From the NCBI RefSeq assembly GCF_018977255.1, contig NW_024704742.1, forward strand, positions 19,346,001-19,410,000: 64,000 nt of DNA, given 5' to 3'. Shown piece by piece: positions 15,268 to 26,888 of this stretch. The stretch is from Callorhinchus milii. Lineage: Eukaryota. The position numbers and the translations under genes are program-made. Each line of letters opens with the position of its first letter. Position 1 is the stretch's first letter. Below the pieces are notes generated by a model. The model was not told where the DNA came from. It did no database searches and saw nothing but the letters and a program-made list of their open reading frames with translations.

Positions 15268-15591
15268 TTAATAATAATAATAATAATCCTTGCATTTGAT
15301 ATAGCGCTTTTCACGTCGGGAGGACGTCCCAAAGCGCTTCACAGAACACACTGTAAAGTGAATTGACTGTATATTTGTGGGCGAACGCGGCAGCCAATTG
15401 CGCACAGCAATGTCCCACAAACAGTCGTAGATTGAAAATGACCAATTTATTATTGTTTTTGGTTTTTGGAGGGATTATTATTAGGTGTGTGGAGTAAGGA
15501 AACTTGCCCAAGGTTTCACCCTCTGCCGGGAATTGAACTCAGGTCTCTCGCTTGCAAAGCGAGTGCTCTAACCACTGAGCTGCAGGACTCC
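15268..15591 (-). mobile_element. Full-length tRNA(Ala-like)-derived SINE with L2-type tail, in a GASK1B intron
   Basis: Head GGAGTCCTGCAGCTCAGTGGTTAGAGCACTCGCTTTGCAAGCGAGAGACCTGAGTTCAATTCC (A box, TGC anticodon arm, B box); tail gggacgtcctcccgacgtgaaaagcgctatatcaaatgcaagga(tta)n. Confidence 0.92.
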
Positions 15592-16067
15592 ACCTGTAAC
15601 TTCTAATGATACCTTTTATTCCTCAATTAAATGTTAAATTTCTGTCTTCAGTATCGTGTTAAAAAAAAGTTTTAAAAAATTATTATCATCGCATCATTGA
15701 AAACCTTCCCAAACCAACCTTCTTTTCGAAAAGTGCAATAAATAAAATAGCGCAGAATATCATACGATAATAATACTAATAATCTTTGCATTTGACATAG
15801 CGCCTTGTCAGGTGGAGACATATCAAAGGGCATCACAGAATATACAGTACAACAACAACAACTTGCATTTATATCGCGCCATTCAAACGGCGTGGCATAA
15901 ACCCGGAGCGCTTCGGTACAGTATTACTGTGAAGTGTAGTGACTGTGCATTTGCACTGCAAGCCAGATTTGCGCGTGGAAGCAGTGTTAAGAAGTATAAT
16001 AACGGTCCTTCCATTTGATGGTAGTGCCCACATTCGCTGTGTAACCACCTGTTTGATTAAACACAGC

Positions 16068-16422
16068 ATGTGTGTGTGTAGGGGGGTGTGAGTGTGTGTG
16101 TGTGTGTGTGGGGGGGGGCAGAGTAGTGTGTGTGTGAGTGTGTGTGTTTGTGGGAGGGGGGAGCAATGAGTGTTAGTGTGTGTGTGTGGGGGGGGGGGTG
16201 TGTGAGTGAGTGTGTGAGAGTGTGTGTGAGTGAGTGTGTGTGTATGTGGGGGATGGCGGGTGGGGAGCAATGTGTGTGTGTGTGAGTGAGTGTTAGTGTA
16301 TGTGTGAGTGAGTGTGTGTGTGAGTGAGTGAGAGTGTGTGTGTGAGTGAGTGTCAGTGTGAGTGTGTGAGTGAGTGAGTGAGAGTGTGTGTGTGAGTGAG
16401 TGTCAGTGTGAGTGAGTGAGTG
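16068..16422. repeat. Compound (TG)n/(TGAG)n microsatellite at the start of the GASK1B intron after the first coding exon
   Basis: Directly visible; begins about 8 nt from the splice donor. Confidence 0.95.
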
Positions 16423-16430
16423 GCTCTGAC

Positions 16431-17454
16431 CTCTGATGAAGGCGATGGTTCTGGCCACTGTGGGCAGAGTGCGGTTCAGCCCCAGGATGCGGTCCAGGTG
16501 GAAGGCGAACACTTCGCTGATGTCGGCGGGTGTCCTGATCAGTCCGCAGCGCTGGGGGTCCGCCGTCCCGCCTCCCCCTCCCGGGCCCCGGGCCGCTCCC
16601 CCTCCCCGGCCCCGGGCCGCTCCCCCTCCCCGGCCCCGGGCCGCTCCCCCTCCCCGGCCCCGGGCCGCTCCCGGGCCGCCTTCAAACAGCGCCAGGGGCC
16701 GGTGCTGCGGTCGGGACCCGGTGCGGACGCGGGCGATGCCGGACTCGGCCAGGAGGCGCATGTGGGCGATGTCTGCGGGGCTGAGCCAGGGCGGGGCGCT
16801 CCGGCTGTACATCCTGAGGCCGCTCCGCCGCTCCCGGGCCGCCCCGCCCCGGCCCCGCCCGGGCTGCCCCCCGCCGCCGGCCCCCCCCCGCCCCGCCGCC
16901 GCCGCCGGGTGCCGGGAGGGCTCACGCGGCTGCAGACGGTGCGGAAAGGCGGCGTCGTCGTCGTCGTCGCCGCCGCCGTCGGGCGGAGCGCGTTTCTTCC
17001 TGACCTTCGGTCTGACGGTGGCCCTGAGGCGGGCGGGTTGTCCGCGCCGGGACCTCAGGGTGATGTACACCACGTTGGGCTGGAGGGCGGGGCTGCGGCC
17101 GGGAGGGGGGCCCTCCTGCTCCCCCGGGGCCGGCCTCCCCCCCGCGGGCTCCGGGCTCGCCCCCGCCCCCCGGGACCCCAGCGCCCGGCCCTGCAGCAGG
17201 ACGCAGCACAGGTACGCCAGCAGCCCGGCGGCCACCAGCCAACCCCGCAGCCGCCTCCCGCCGGCCACCGGGCGGCCGCAGGGCGCTCCCCTGCGCGGGG
17301 AGAAGCCGCGGGCGCCCAGTCCCGGCAGAGCCATCCCGGCCGGGAAGCCGCCCCCCCCGGCAGCTCGGGCCGGGCCGGACCGGGAGGGCCAGGTCTGCCC
17401 TGGTCCCGGGGTGGGTGCCGCCGCCGCCTCCTCCTCCCGATACCCCGCGCCCAT
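16431..17454 (-). CDS. GASK1B: GASK1B/FAM198B first coding exon (N-terminal TM anchor, stem, start of FAM20-like kinase domain); alternative start ATG at 17334
   Basis: Translation has a hydrophobic segment WLVAAGLLAYLCCVLL and family motifs LQPNVVYITLRSRR, MYSRSAPPWLS and SEVFAFHLDRILGLNRTLP. It ends at donor AG|GTCAGA (GT at 16430-16429), phase 1. Both ATGs (17454, 17334) have G at -3 and +4; the second gives 517 aa, closer to the recalled human length. Confidence 0.93.
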
Positions 17455-17500
17455 CCCCTCGGCCCTGCAAACGGTCAGAGGGGGTCCCGGAGGGCTTCAC
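16440..17500. promoter_or_regulatory. CpG island over the first coding exon of GASK1B
   Basis: Very high GC and dense CpG compared with the AT-rich surroundings. Confidence 0.85.
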
Positions 17501-17519
17501 AAGCAGATGTGGATGTGAA

Positions 17520-18020
17520 CTCTCCTCCTCTCTCCCCCCCCTCTCCTCTCTCTCCCCTCTCCCCCTCCCTCTTCTCTCCTCTCTCCTCTCCCCCTCCCTC
17601 CCTCCCTCCTCTCTCTGCCTCCCCCTCTCCCCCCCTCCTTCCTCTCTCCCCCCTCTCCTCTCTCTCCTCTCTCCCCCCCCTCCTCTCTCTCCTCTCTCCC
17701 CCCCCTCTCCTCTCTCCCCCCCTCTCCTCTCTCCCCCTCCCTCTTCTCTCCCTCCTCTCTCCCGTCTCCCCCTCCCTCCCCTCTCCCCTCTCCCTCCCTT
17801 CTCCCCTCTCCCCCCTTCTCCCCTCTCCCCCCTCTCCCCTCTCCCTTCCCTCTTCTCTCCCCCCTCCCTCCTCCCTCCCGTCTCCCCTTCCCTCCCTTCT
17901 CTCCGCTCTCTCCCCCTCTCCCTCTCTCCCCCTCTCCCTCTCCCCCTCCCTCTTCTCTCCCCCCTCCCTCCCTTCTCCCGTCTCCTCCTCTCTCCTCTCT
18001 CCCCTCTCCCTCCCTCTCTG
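17520..18020. repeat. About 500-bp polypyrimidine/polypurine (C/T) low-complexity tract
   Basis: Almost exclusively C and T on the plus strand. Confidence 0.95.
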
Positions 18021-20717
18021 TCTGTGCAGAGGTTGGGATGTGCCTCCTTTTGGGGTTGATCAGCTACACTCGGGAGCGATCGGAAAGGAATGAATGAAAC
18101 GACTGTGCAAACAACTCGCTCTCTCTCTCTCGTTGTAGTGACAGAGTGTGTGAGAGAGAGAGAGAGAAACCCAGAGAGAGAGAGATTTTTTTAAAAAAAG
18201 TGCAATAAATAAAATTGCAAAAAGAGAGAGAGAGAGAGAAAGGGAGACGCACAGAGAGGGCAGAAAGAAATCGATCAGAGAAAATGGTTGTTTTAAATTG
18301 CACGGTGATGGGAGTTCAATGCTATATAATATTTATGCACTTTTAAGGGAAAACTTGGGGGAAAGACTATTCTTTCTGTTGTGTCCTGAAGTCAATCCAC
18401 AATTACGGTGATCGGAAATTAAACCATCTCTTTCCTTCTGATCAATTTGCTTTTCTACCCGTTGCAACCAGGTTGAAACCTACCCCCAAATGCGTGAGAG
18501 TTGGGGCTACTGAATTCATCAAGACTTCATCTCACACATTCCTGGTCCCAACTCATTCATTCCCGTGGACTCGGTCGGCAATTTGTACAATTACATTAAA
18601 AAAGAGATCGGTTTCAATTTTGCATTGGAAGGAGAGTGCATTGAAAATCGATCAGTTGTTGCCTCTTGTTTTCTGGAAAGAATAAACATCTGGCGATGTG
18701 TATTATTGTGGTCCAGCCATTCAAAAGGTGTAGTGGCACCAACCGCCCTCTCCTGGTGTCTCTCTGAATCGTGTTACATTTACATTAAAACAACTGCTTT
18801 TGAGCCAAGTGGGTAAAGGTGGATGAAGAGTTTCACTTCTTTTTTTATTTATTTGTGTTCCTGTTGCTTATGCACCCGCGAGTTTCATTCCAGAAACGAC
18901 CTGTCTCTGGCCTCGCACACTGCATGTCATTCACTGATAACCCAACAAGCCTTGGACAACATGAGGCGACCTTCACTGAGCAAAAAAAAACCACACCATT
19001 GCTCGCAGCATTTCCAGAACAGCTCAACTCCCCAGTGGCTGAATGCGAGCTTTGTTCACTGGGATCAGACGATTAATTGTACAAAATTAACACTTATTAA
19101 CAGGCCATGAAATTAATATCCAGTCTGACAAAGGATACGTTTCAGAGTGAAGTGTAGAGCCAGCAGAATGAAGCTGCTGTTTTGTTATATAATGCACTTC
19201 TGGAGTAGATTACTGGAATAAAATCGTTATGCAAACTGTGCAGTGAATCCAAGGGTATGTTTTCCCCCACTGATGGATAGAACAAATGTTGACCTAAAAC
19301 AAACAAACGATTAATACAGTATTTCACCTTCACGAGGAGTGGAGAATTGTGCAAACACAGCACGTTGCCTGGAGTGCACTGACAACATACTTTGTTGATT
19401 TTATATTCGGGCTACTTAACACCTGACCCTCTGAGGAATGGAATTACATTTCAGCGGAGGAAAACAATTCCTAAATAACAGAAAGAGACTTTGAATTCAA
19501 ACAATATTTGTGTTTAATGTTGGTACTGTATTCTATTTTCAACAGATCAATTATTCAGAAGCTCTTCAAATGTCGATATACAATAGTTCAATGCTATGTA
19601 ATATTTCTATACTATTAATTCGAAATTTAGGGGGGAAAACAAAGCCCATGAAACACAAGACAAAGTAATAATAATGACAATAATTTGTTTCTACCCATTA
19701 CAAAAGGTTGATGCGAGACTCAGACCTATTTGAATTCAAGACTTCTCTCACCCATTCCTGGTTCAACTCATTCATTCATTCATTCATTCCCAGAAATGCT
19801 GCAGCTTCCTGCTTCCCACAATCTTCAATTCACAATCTCTATGCCTTTAACATCCAAGTTCGACTTGATTTAACAAGGAATTATATTTCTTAATTTGTCT
19901 TTTCGACAGGGGTTGTGATCTGCATTAAGGACCTCAGTCTTTCCCCCACGTTTCTCATTGATAGTTTCTCATTGACAGGTGACATTGGTGCATGTGAACA
20001 TTGTGAAGACTCTTCTGCAACAAAGTCAAGTTGGAAACCAAAAGCAAAGACAGATAGTGTGTGAATTCAAACAAGAGAAGCAGATCCCAAACAGCCACCA
20101 AACTCTCAAAGATTGACTTCATTGTAACATAAAAATGTAGTTTATCTTTCGGTCCAGTGTGTTACAGTCTGTTGCCTGATCTCTCTTTACTCCAAAGGTT
20201 AAGTTTACAGTCTCCAAGGTTCACAATTTTGTGGGGGACACAGTTTATAAATCTGGCACTTGTTATAAGAAAACTGCTTTGGGTTTAAAATAATCGGAGG
20301 TTTTTTTAAAAAAAACCAATTCCAATCATCTTTTGATGGATGTTTAGTGTTGCAATCGTATTTTATGCAACTTTCTTCGTTCAAGTAAGCTCTGAGTGTT
20401 AAAAAACATTGTGATCAGTTTAAAACTAACTCACCATCATTTGATATTTGTGTGTGTTTAACAAATGGTCCCCCCCAGCTCACACAGCAACAATTCAAAC
20501 TATTTCCAACACGCTCGTCAAAATGCTCAGGCACAGAGCAGTATTTTTAGCCACTGACCCATTGCATTGCAAAAAAATATATACAGAAGAGAGTTGTTTT
20601 TGTTTGTAATCTCTTTGCTCTTTGCACATCTGTACAATTGCAGCTGTTCTTCTCGCAATCTTCAACCTGACGAGACAGACATTCAATGGAAATGTGGTTC
20701 AACCTGTCAAACACAAG

Positions 20718-20767
<50 letters not shown>
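20718..20767. repeat. (AAT)n microsatellite
   Basis: About 16 consecutive AAT units. Confidence 0.95.
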
Positions 20768-20772
<5 letters not shown>

Positions 20773-21172
20773 TACAGCCCAGGTTTCTTTGCACAATTAG
20801 TTCTGTTGGTGGTATTTGATTGCATCGACAACAACAAAAAACGCCTGGAGTTGCTCTTGTGTACGAGCAAAACGCGTGTATTATTATTATTAACATCTAT
20901 TTTTTTTAAAAATGGATTAATTGCAGAACAATTAGTGCTGCTGCTGGTGGTGGTGGTGGTGGTGTTTATTTTTATTGCAATCAAAAAAAACTGCTCGAGT
21001 TGCTCTTGTGCATCAGCAATACACACGCACACACACACATATGTGTATTGTAAATTTTTGTAATTTTTTTTAAACGTATGGACTTATTGCTTGGAGGAGC
21101 AACAAAAAAACAACCGAAAATAGATAAGATTGTAATTGAGAAAAAAAAAATCCAAAAAAAAAGTTGTCAGGT

Positions 21173-21244
21173 CTCCCCGGCGGGGAATTGAACCCCGGTC
21201 TCCCGCGTGACAGGCGGGGATACTAACCACTATACTACCGAGGA
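21173..21244 (-). tRNA. tRNA-Asp(GTC) copy 1
   Basis: 72 nt TCCTCGGTAGTATAGTGGTTAGTATCCCCGCCTGTCACGCGGGAGACCGGGGTTCAATTCCCCGCCGGGGAG; complete cloverleaf with A and B boxes; T9 terminator at 21162-21154. Confidence 0.96.
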
Positions 21245-21350
21245 CCACGGCGAGCAGCCCGAACACACAGCACTTACTGTCAGCACCAACAGCCTCAGCT
21301 CCTCGGCAGCTCCGGCACAGCCTGGACTCCCTCCCGGGGTGGGGGGGGGA

Positions 21351-21500
21351 TGATGTCACAGACTGCACTCCCTCCCCGGGGGGAATGACGTCACAGACTG
21401 CACTCCCTCCCCGGGGAGGGGGGTGACGTCACAGACTGCACTCCCTCCCGGGGGGGGGTGACGTCACAGACTCCACTCGGGGGGGTAGTGACGTCACAGC
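21351..21500. promoter_or_regulatory. CRE/ATF array upstream of tRNA-Asp copy 1 (4 x TGACGTCA plus 1 x TGATGTCA)
   Basis: Repeat unit TGACGTCACAGACTGCACTCCCTCC-(G)n; first site 107 nt upstream of the tRNA. Confidence 0.75.
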
Positions 21501-21524
21501 AGTCACCCTCTTGCTCTCTGCACG

Positions 21525-21960
21525 TCAACAACAACAACAACAACAAATGTCTCTCGCGGCCTCCGCGTCCCGGAGCGCTTGGCGGAGTTGGGGGAGTCTG
21601 ATCTGACCCCCGAGCCAGGGGGAGGGGGGGGCGGGGGGTGGAAGGTGGGAGGGTGGGGGGTGGTGGGGGGGGTGGAAGGTGGGAGGGTGGGGGGTGGGGG
21701 GCGGGGGGGTGGAAGGTGGGAGGGTGGGGGGTGGGGGGGGGGGTTGAGGTGGGGGGTGCGGAATGGGAGGTGATGGGGGAGGTGACCCTGAGTACCATCA
21801 AAAAGGAAGGTCGTTAGGCAGGGACTTGAACGTGTGGTGGGGCGGGGAGTGGGGCGGGGAGTGGGGCGGGGAGGTGGGGGTTGGGTGCTAAGGCGGAGGG
21901 ATTGATGGTGAGAGTTCCAGAGTTTCGGGACGCGTAGTGGATGAAAGCACGACCACCCCC
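21525..21960 (-). mobile_element. GC-shifted L2 3' fragment with an expanded G-rich tract
   Basis: (CAA)n tail on the plus strand; residual PKLWNS...LTTFLFD in ORF 21503-22048. Confidence 0.6.
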
Positions 21961-24162
21961 CCCCACCCCCACTCGGTGGAGGGGTGGGGGCGAGGGATGA
22001 ACAGGAGGCCCGAGCCCTCCGAACGGAGGCAGTGGGCGGTGGTCCCAACAGCCACCCCTCTTTTTCCTCAGCGCTTCCCGACTGCTAGGCGGGAAGTTGT
22101 CGCGCGACATTTGGCAGCTTTTGCCGCCTTTTCCCGCAAGATATGTCACTACACACCCCGGAACGTCGGGTTACTTCCCACATCACATCCCACCCCCGTC
22201 TGTGGCGCGCTCAGTAGTCTGGTTCCTGACCCACGAGGGGCCACGGTACAATGTGCTCACAAAGACCCATAGTTTTTTCTGCAGTGCACTGACCAACAAC
22301 TGAAACACGTGGGAGAATGATGATAATTGTATTTGGAAGCATTCATAGTATTCAGTGCGAGTGTTTAACTGTATTTCGATGTTGCGAGGATCGCTGTGAC
22401 CGCCATCATTTTCATGGCAAATATTGATCCGTCGCCATGTTCCATGGATGGAGTGACAAGGAAGCTACTGGTATCAGAGAGTGTTTCACTCGGCTCATCT
22501 GCAACACAAAATGAAAATTCATTGTTAGAAAATAAAGGACTTTGTGAATACCCTGTATTCAGGGCACAGCTGATGACAGCACAGTCTGGTACATCAGCAG
22601 GACCTTGAAGGGCCGACCAGTCACTGGGGGCAGGGAGTCATCCCACTCAACTCCTGTTAGCCCTGCAAGCCAAAGCCCTAATGGGTTGTGTGGTCCTAGC
22701 TGGGAAAACTTGCCTGACAGTGATATCAATGGTAAGCTATTTGGTTTTAGCTGGTTAGACTCCAGCAGTACCCCAAGCCTCTGGGGTCCCAAAGCCTTTG
22801 CTCTTGCTAACCTGCGCCTCATACTTTCGTATGAGGTAACAGGATGCATCCCTCCAGGAGAGTACACTCTCTATTCCAATAAATATCTCAGGAATTTCCA
22901 TATGTAGGGGGGATGTATGAAATTCTGTTTGGTTTGGATACTACTAACGATGGTGATGGGTTTCCAAATGTGACAGACACCTGGCTGACCAAAAACAATG
23001 AATTCCCTTGGAAATTCCCCATTAAGTTCATCTTGCAATAATGAGGCCAATTGTACACATCTGTACCATTGCAGAACATTTCTTCTTTCAGTTTAATGTG
23101 AGATAAACACAATGGGAATATGGTTCAACATGCCTCCAGTTAAACAACTGACAGGATTTTCTTCCAGCTCAGCTTCTTTCCACGATTAATTCTGGTGACA
23201 GAGGAATGGTTACTGGCAGATTGTTCCTGGATAGTTTAAGCCATTCTGGCAATAACTATTCCAGCTGTTTCCGACAATGGCTCAAGATAGGAATTATTTT
23301 GTAGCTCGTTGAAAATATAAGTTTACAACAGAAATATTCCTCCTGCTTAGTGGCAATAAATTGAAGCCACATTACATAGAACCGATGGGGACAATTCTTG
23401 ATAGAAAGGGCATTAAAGCAGGGAAGCAGTGTTTAAAATTATAATGAAAGCAGCAGGCAGGTCTGCTGTTCAATGTTTCCTGACAATCAGTTATTAAGAT
23501 AATAATAATAATCCTTGCATTTGATATAGCGCTTTTTACGTTTTCTCGACGTCTCAAAGCGTGAATTGACTGTATATTTGTGGGCGAACGCGACAGCCAA
23601 TTGCGCACAGCAATGTCCCACAAACAGTTATGGATTGACAATGACCAATTTATTATTTTTTTTTGTTTTGTTGATGGAAAGAATACAGTGCCTTTCACGT
23701 CCCAGTGCTCTCCATAAATGCAAGTTGCTGTTGATGGAAAGTACATTTCTGGTGTAGTCCAGTTATGTATACAGTGTGAAGGCGGTGATACCTGGACCAT
23801 CAACAACCAATTCCTTATTAAATAGACACCAAAACAATCCCTGTGACTGGCAACAAAGTCTCCTGTGGGTTTGACTGTCTGCACATCGACTGGAGCGACA
23901 CCTGCAGGAAGGAGAGCACAGTTACAGCTGATCAGGAGTTCACACAACAAAGCTCTGACACACAGAGGCGCGGAGTTCACTGTCAAACCGAGTACTTCGT
24001 GGCAACAAAACCACTCGGAGCCGCTGGGGCGACAAACGTACTTTTTATTTATTGTTGTTGTTGTTTAAAATAGAGTTACTATTTGGAGCAAAACCAAAAG
24101 GGAAAGAAAATAAAGCGGAGACATTGTAATTGCGAGAAAATCGGCCAAAAAAGTTGTCAGGT

Positions 24163-24234
24163 CTCCCCGGCGGGGAATTGAACCCCGGTCTCCCGCGTGA
24201 CAGGCGGGGATACTAACCACTATACTACCGAGGA
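24163..24234 (-). tRNA. tRNA-Asp(GTC) copy 2
   Basis: Identical to copy 1; T6 terminator at 24152-24147. Confidence 0.96.
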
Positions 24235-24340
24235 CCACGGCGAGCAGCCCGAACACACAGCACTTACTGTCAGCACCAACAGCCTCAGCTCCTCGGCAGC
24301 TCCGGCACAGCCTGGACTCCCTCCCGGGGGGGGGGGGGCA

Positions 24341-24399
24341 TGACGTCACAGACTGCACTCCCTCCCGGGGGGGGGGGGGTGACGTCACAGACTGCACTC
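24341..24399. promoter_or_regulatory. CRE/ATF array upstream of tRNA-Asp copy 2 (2 x TGACGTCA)
   Basis: Same unit; first site 107 nt upstream of the tRNA. Confidence 0.75.
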
Positions 24400-26389
24400 A
24401 CTCACTCATCGGTATCGGGGTAATAACACCTACAAAATAATAATAATAATAATAATATATTGGTGACCCGTGAGTCACCTCCTTCCGCACCGCCGCTCCG
24501 TCGCTTCTGTCGCTTCGATGGAGAAAGACGCTTCCGTTACCGCACTTCAAGAAACATCAGGTTCGATCCTACCCTCCGGAGCACCGTCCGGTCCTGGGCC
24601 AGGCTGGTCCGGGGTAGTGCGAGACGTCCCTTCAGGGAGAGGGAGAGCCCGCTTTCCATTCCGACAATCCATCTCTGGGATTTCCACGTGTAGGTGGGAT
24701 GCAGGGAATTCTCGGCTCGGTTTGGTTACTGTTAACCACGGTGATGGGTTTCCACTTGTGATCGACCCAAAAAATTGAACCCCCTCGGAGATTCCTCCTT
24801 CATGTCCTCTTGCAAATAAGAGGCCGACTGTACACCTCTGTCCCATTGCAACACATCTCGTCTTTCATTCTTTAACGTGAGATAAACGCAACGGGAATGT
24901 GGTTCAACACGTCACCAGTTAAACAACCGACAGGATTTGCTTCCTGCTCAGCTTCTTTCCACAATATGTTCTGCTGGTGACAGAGGAATGGTTACTGGCA
25001 AATGGTTTAATCACTGGAGTTCTTGGATAGTTTAAGCCGGTCTGACAATAACTATTCTAGCTGTTTCTGGCATCGACTCAATGTAGGAATTATTCCGCCA
25101 CTCGTTGTAAATAACTGTTGACAACAGAAATATTCTCTCCTGCTTATTTGGCAATAAATCAAAACCACGTTACAGAGAACCCATGGGGGCAATTCTGGAT
25201 AGAGAGAGAATTAAAGTATGGTAACGGTGTTTAAAGTGAGAGTGAAATAAGCAGCTGGGCCAGTGTTGAATGTTCGCTGTCAGTTAATAAGATGATGGAC
25301 AGAATACAATCAGTCCTGTTCATGTCAGACGGCGGTGCAGTAATCCATCTTCTGCAAAAAGTTTCCTCCCTCTCCCACCTCCTCTCATCTTTCTATCGCA
25401 CTCTATTCCTGAACTACATTCATATTATTTTCATCCGTCACTTTTCGCATGAATGGGGAGAATTGTTGAAGGATTACATTGATCTCAATCTCTCCGCCTT
25501 GCCCTCCCACTCCTTGTCCATCTTCAGAGTCCACCTGAAAACCTTCCTCATCGTCTAGGTCTATGAGCCCTTTCCTCTCTCCCTGACTCAGTATGATGAG
25601 GGCATCTGAGCGCTCGTAGGCGATACTCCCATGAAGGGCATTATATAAATGGGCAAGGTGCTGTTGTTGTTGATGGAAAGAACATTTCTGGTGTGGTCCA
25701 GTTGTGCGCAGAGTTAAGGTGGTAATAGCTGAGCCATAAGAAACAACAACAACAACAACAACAAGATTCCATTTATAAAGCGCCTTTCACGTCAGGAGGA
25801 CGTCCCAACAATCCCCAAGACAGTCCTTGGGGTGAAATGCAAGGCTTCAACAAAAAACATTTTTAACCTCTTAATCCGCGACTGTTTGTGGGACACTGCG
25901 GTGCGCAATTGGCTGCCGGGTTTCGCCCACAAAATACACCGTCAATTCGGTTTACAGTGTATTCTGTGAAGCGCTTTGAGACGTCTCGAAGACTTGATAA
26001 AGCGTCATATCAAATGCAAAGACTATTATTATTTTATTATTATTATTTATTATTATTATTACCATCCCTGTGACTGGCAACAAAGTCTCCTGTGGGTTTG
26101 ACTGTCTGCACATCGACTGGAGCGACACCTGCAGGAAGGAGAGCACAGTTACAGCTGATCAGGAGTTCACACAACAAAGCTCTGACACACAGAGGCGCGG
26201 AGTTCACTGTCAAACCGAGTACTTCGTGGCAACAAAACCACTCGGAGCCGCTGGGGCGACAAACGTACTTTTTATTTATTGCTGTTGTTGTTTAAAATAG
26301 AGTTACTATTTGGAGCAAAACCAAAAGGGAAAGAAAATAAAGCGGAGAAATTGTAATTGAGAGAAAAATCCCCCAAAAAGTTGTCAGGT

Positions 26390-26461
26390 CTCCCCGGCGG
26401 GGAATTGAACCCCGGTCTCCCGCGTGACAGGCGGGGATACTAACCACTATACTACCGAGGA
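26390..26461 (-). tRNA. tRNA-Asp(GTC) copy 3
   Basis: Identical to copy 1; T5 terminator at 26379-26375. Confidence 0.96.
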
Positions 26462-26566
26462 CCACGGCGAGCAGCCCGAACACACAGCACTTACTGTCAG
26501 CACCAACAGCCTCAGCTCCTCGGCAGCTCCGGCACAGCCTGGACTCCCTCCCCGGGGGGGGGGGCA

Positions 26567-26682
26567 TGACGTCACAGACTGCACTCCCTCCGGGGGGGGG
26601 GCATGACGTCACAGTGCACTCCCTCCGGGGGGGGGGGGTGACGTCACAGATTGCACTCCCTCCGGGGGGTGACGTCACAGAC
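26567..26682. promoter_or_regulatory. CRE/ATF array upstream of tRNA-Asp copy 3 (4 x TGACGTCA)
   Basis: Same unit; first site 106 nt upstream of the tRNA. Confidence 0.75.
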
Positions 26683-26888
26683 CCCCCCCCCCCCCGCGCT
26701 CCCCGAGTGACACTCTCTTGACACAGTTCAGAACCCGCTGACCCGGATACCGTCTCCGCTGCCGGAGCCGCCGCCGCTGCTCCTTAGGGGCAACGCTTAA
26801 TATTGGGCTACATTTGGGCTATTGTGTGGTGGACTTTGGGCTACCAACCTATTTTTAATTGCTGGCCGCCTTGCTCCCCGGACGCGCG

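Noticed and set aside
16057..16430. His/Thr-rich C-terminal extension of the 465-aa ORF
   Set aside because: It is intronic (CA)n read-through past the splice donor at 16430.
16420..18093. 557-aa and 360-aa plus-strand ORFs
   Set aside because: They are antisense to the GC-rich GASK1B exon and run into a C/T low-complexity tract; the lack of stops is compositional.
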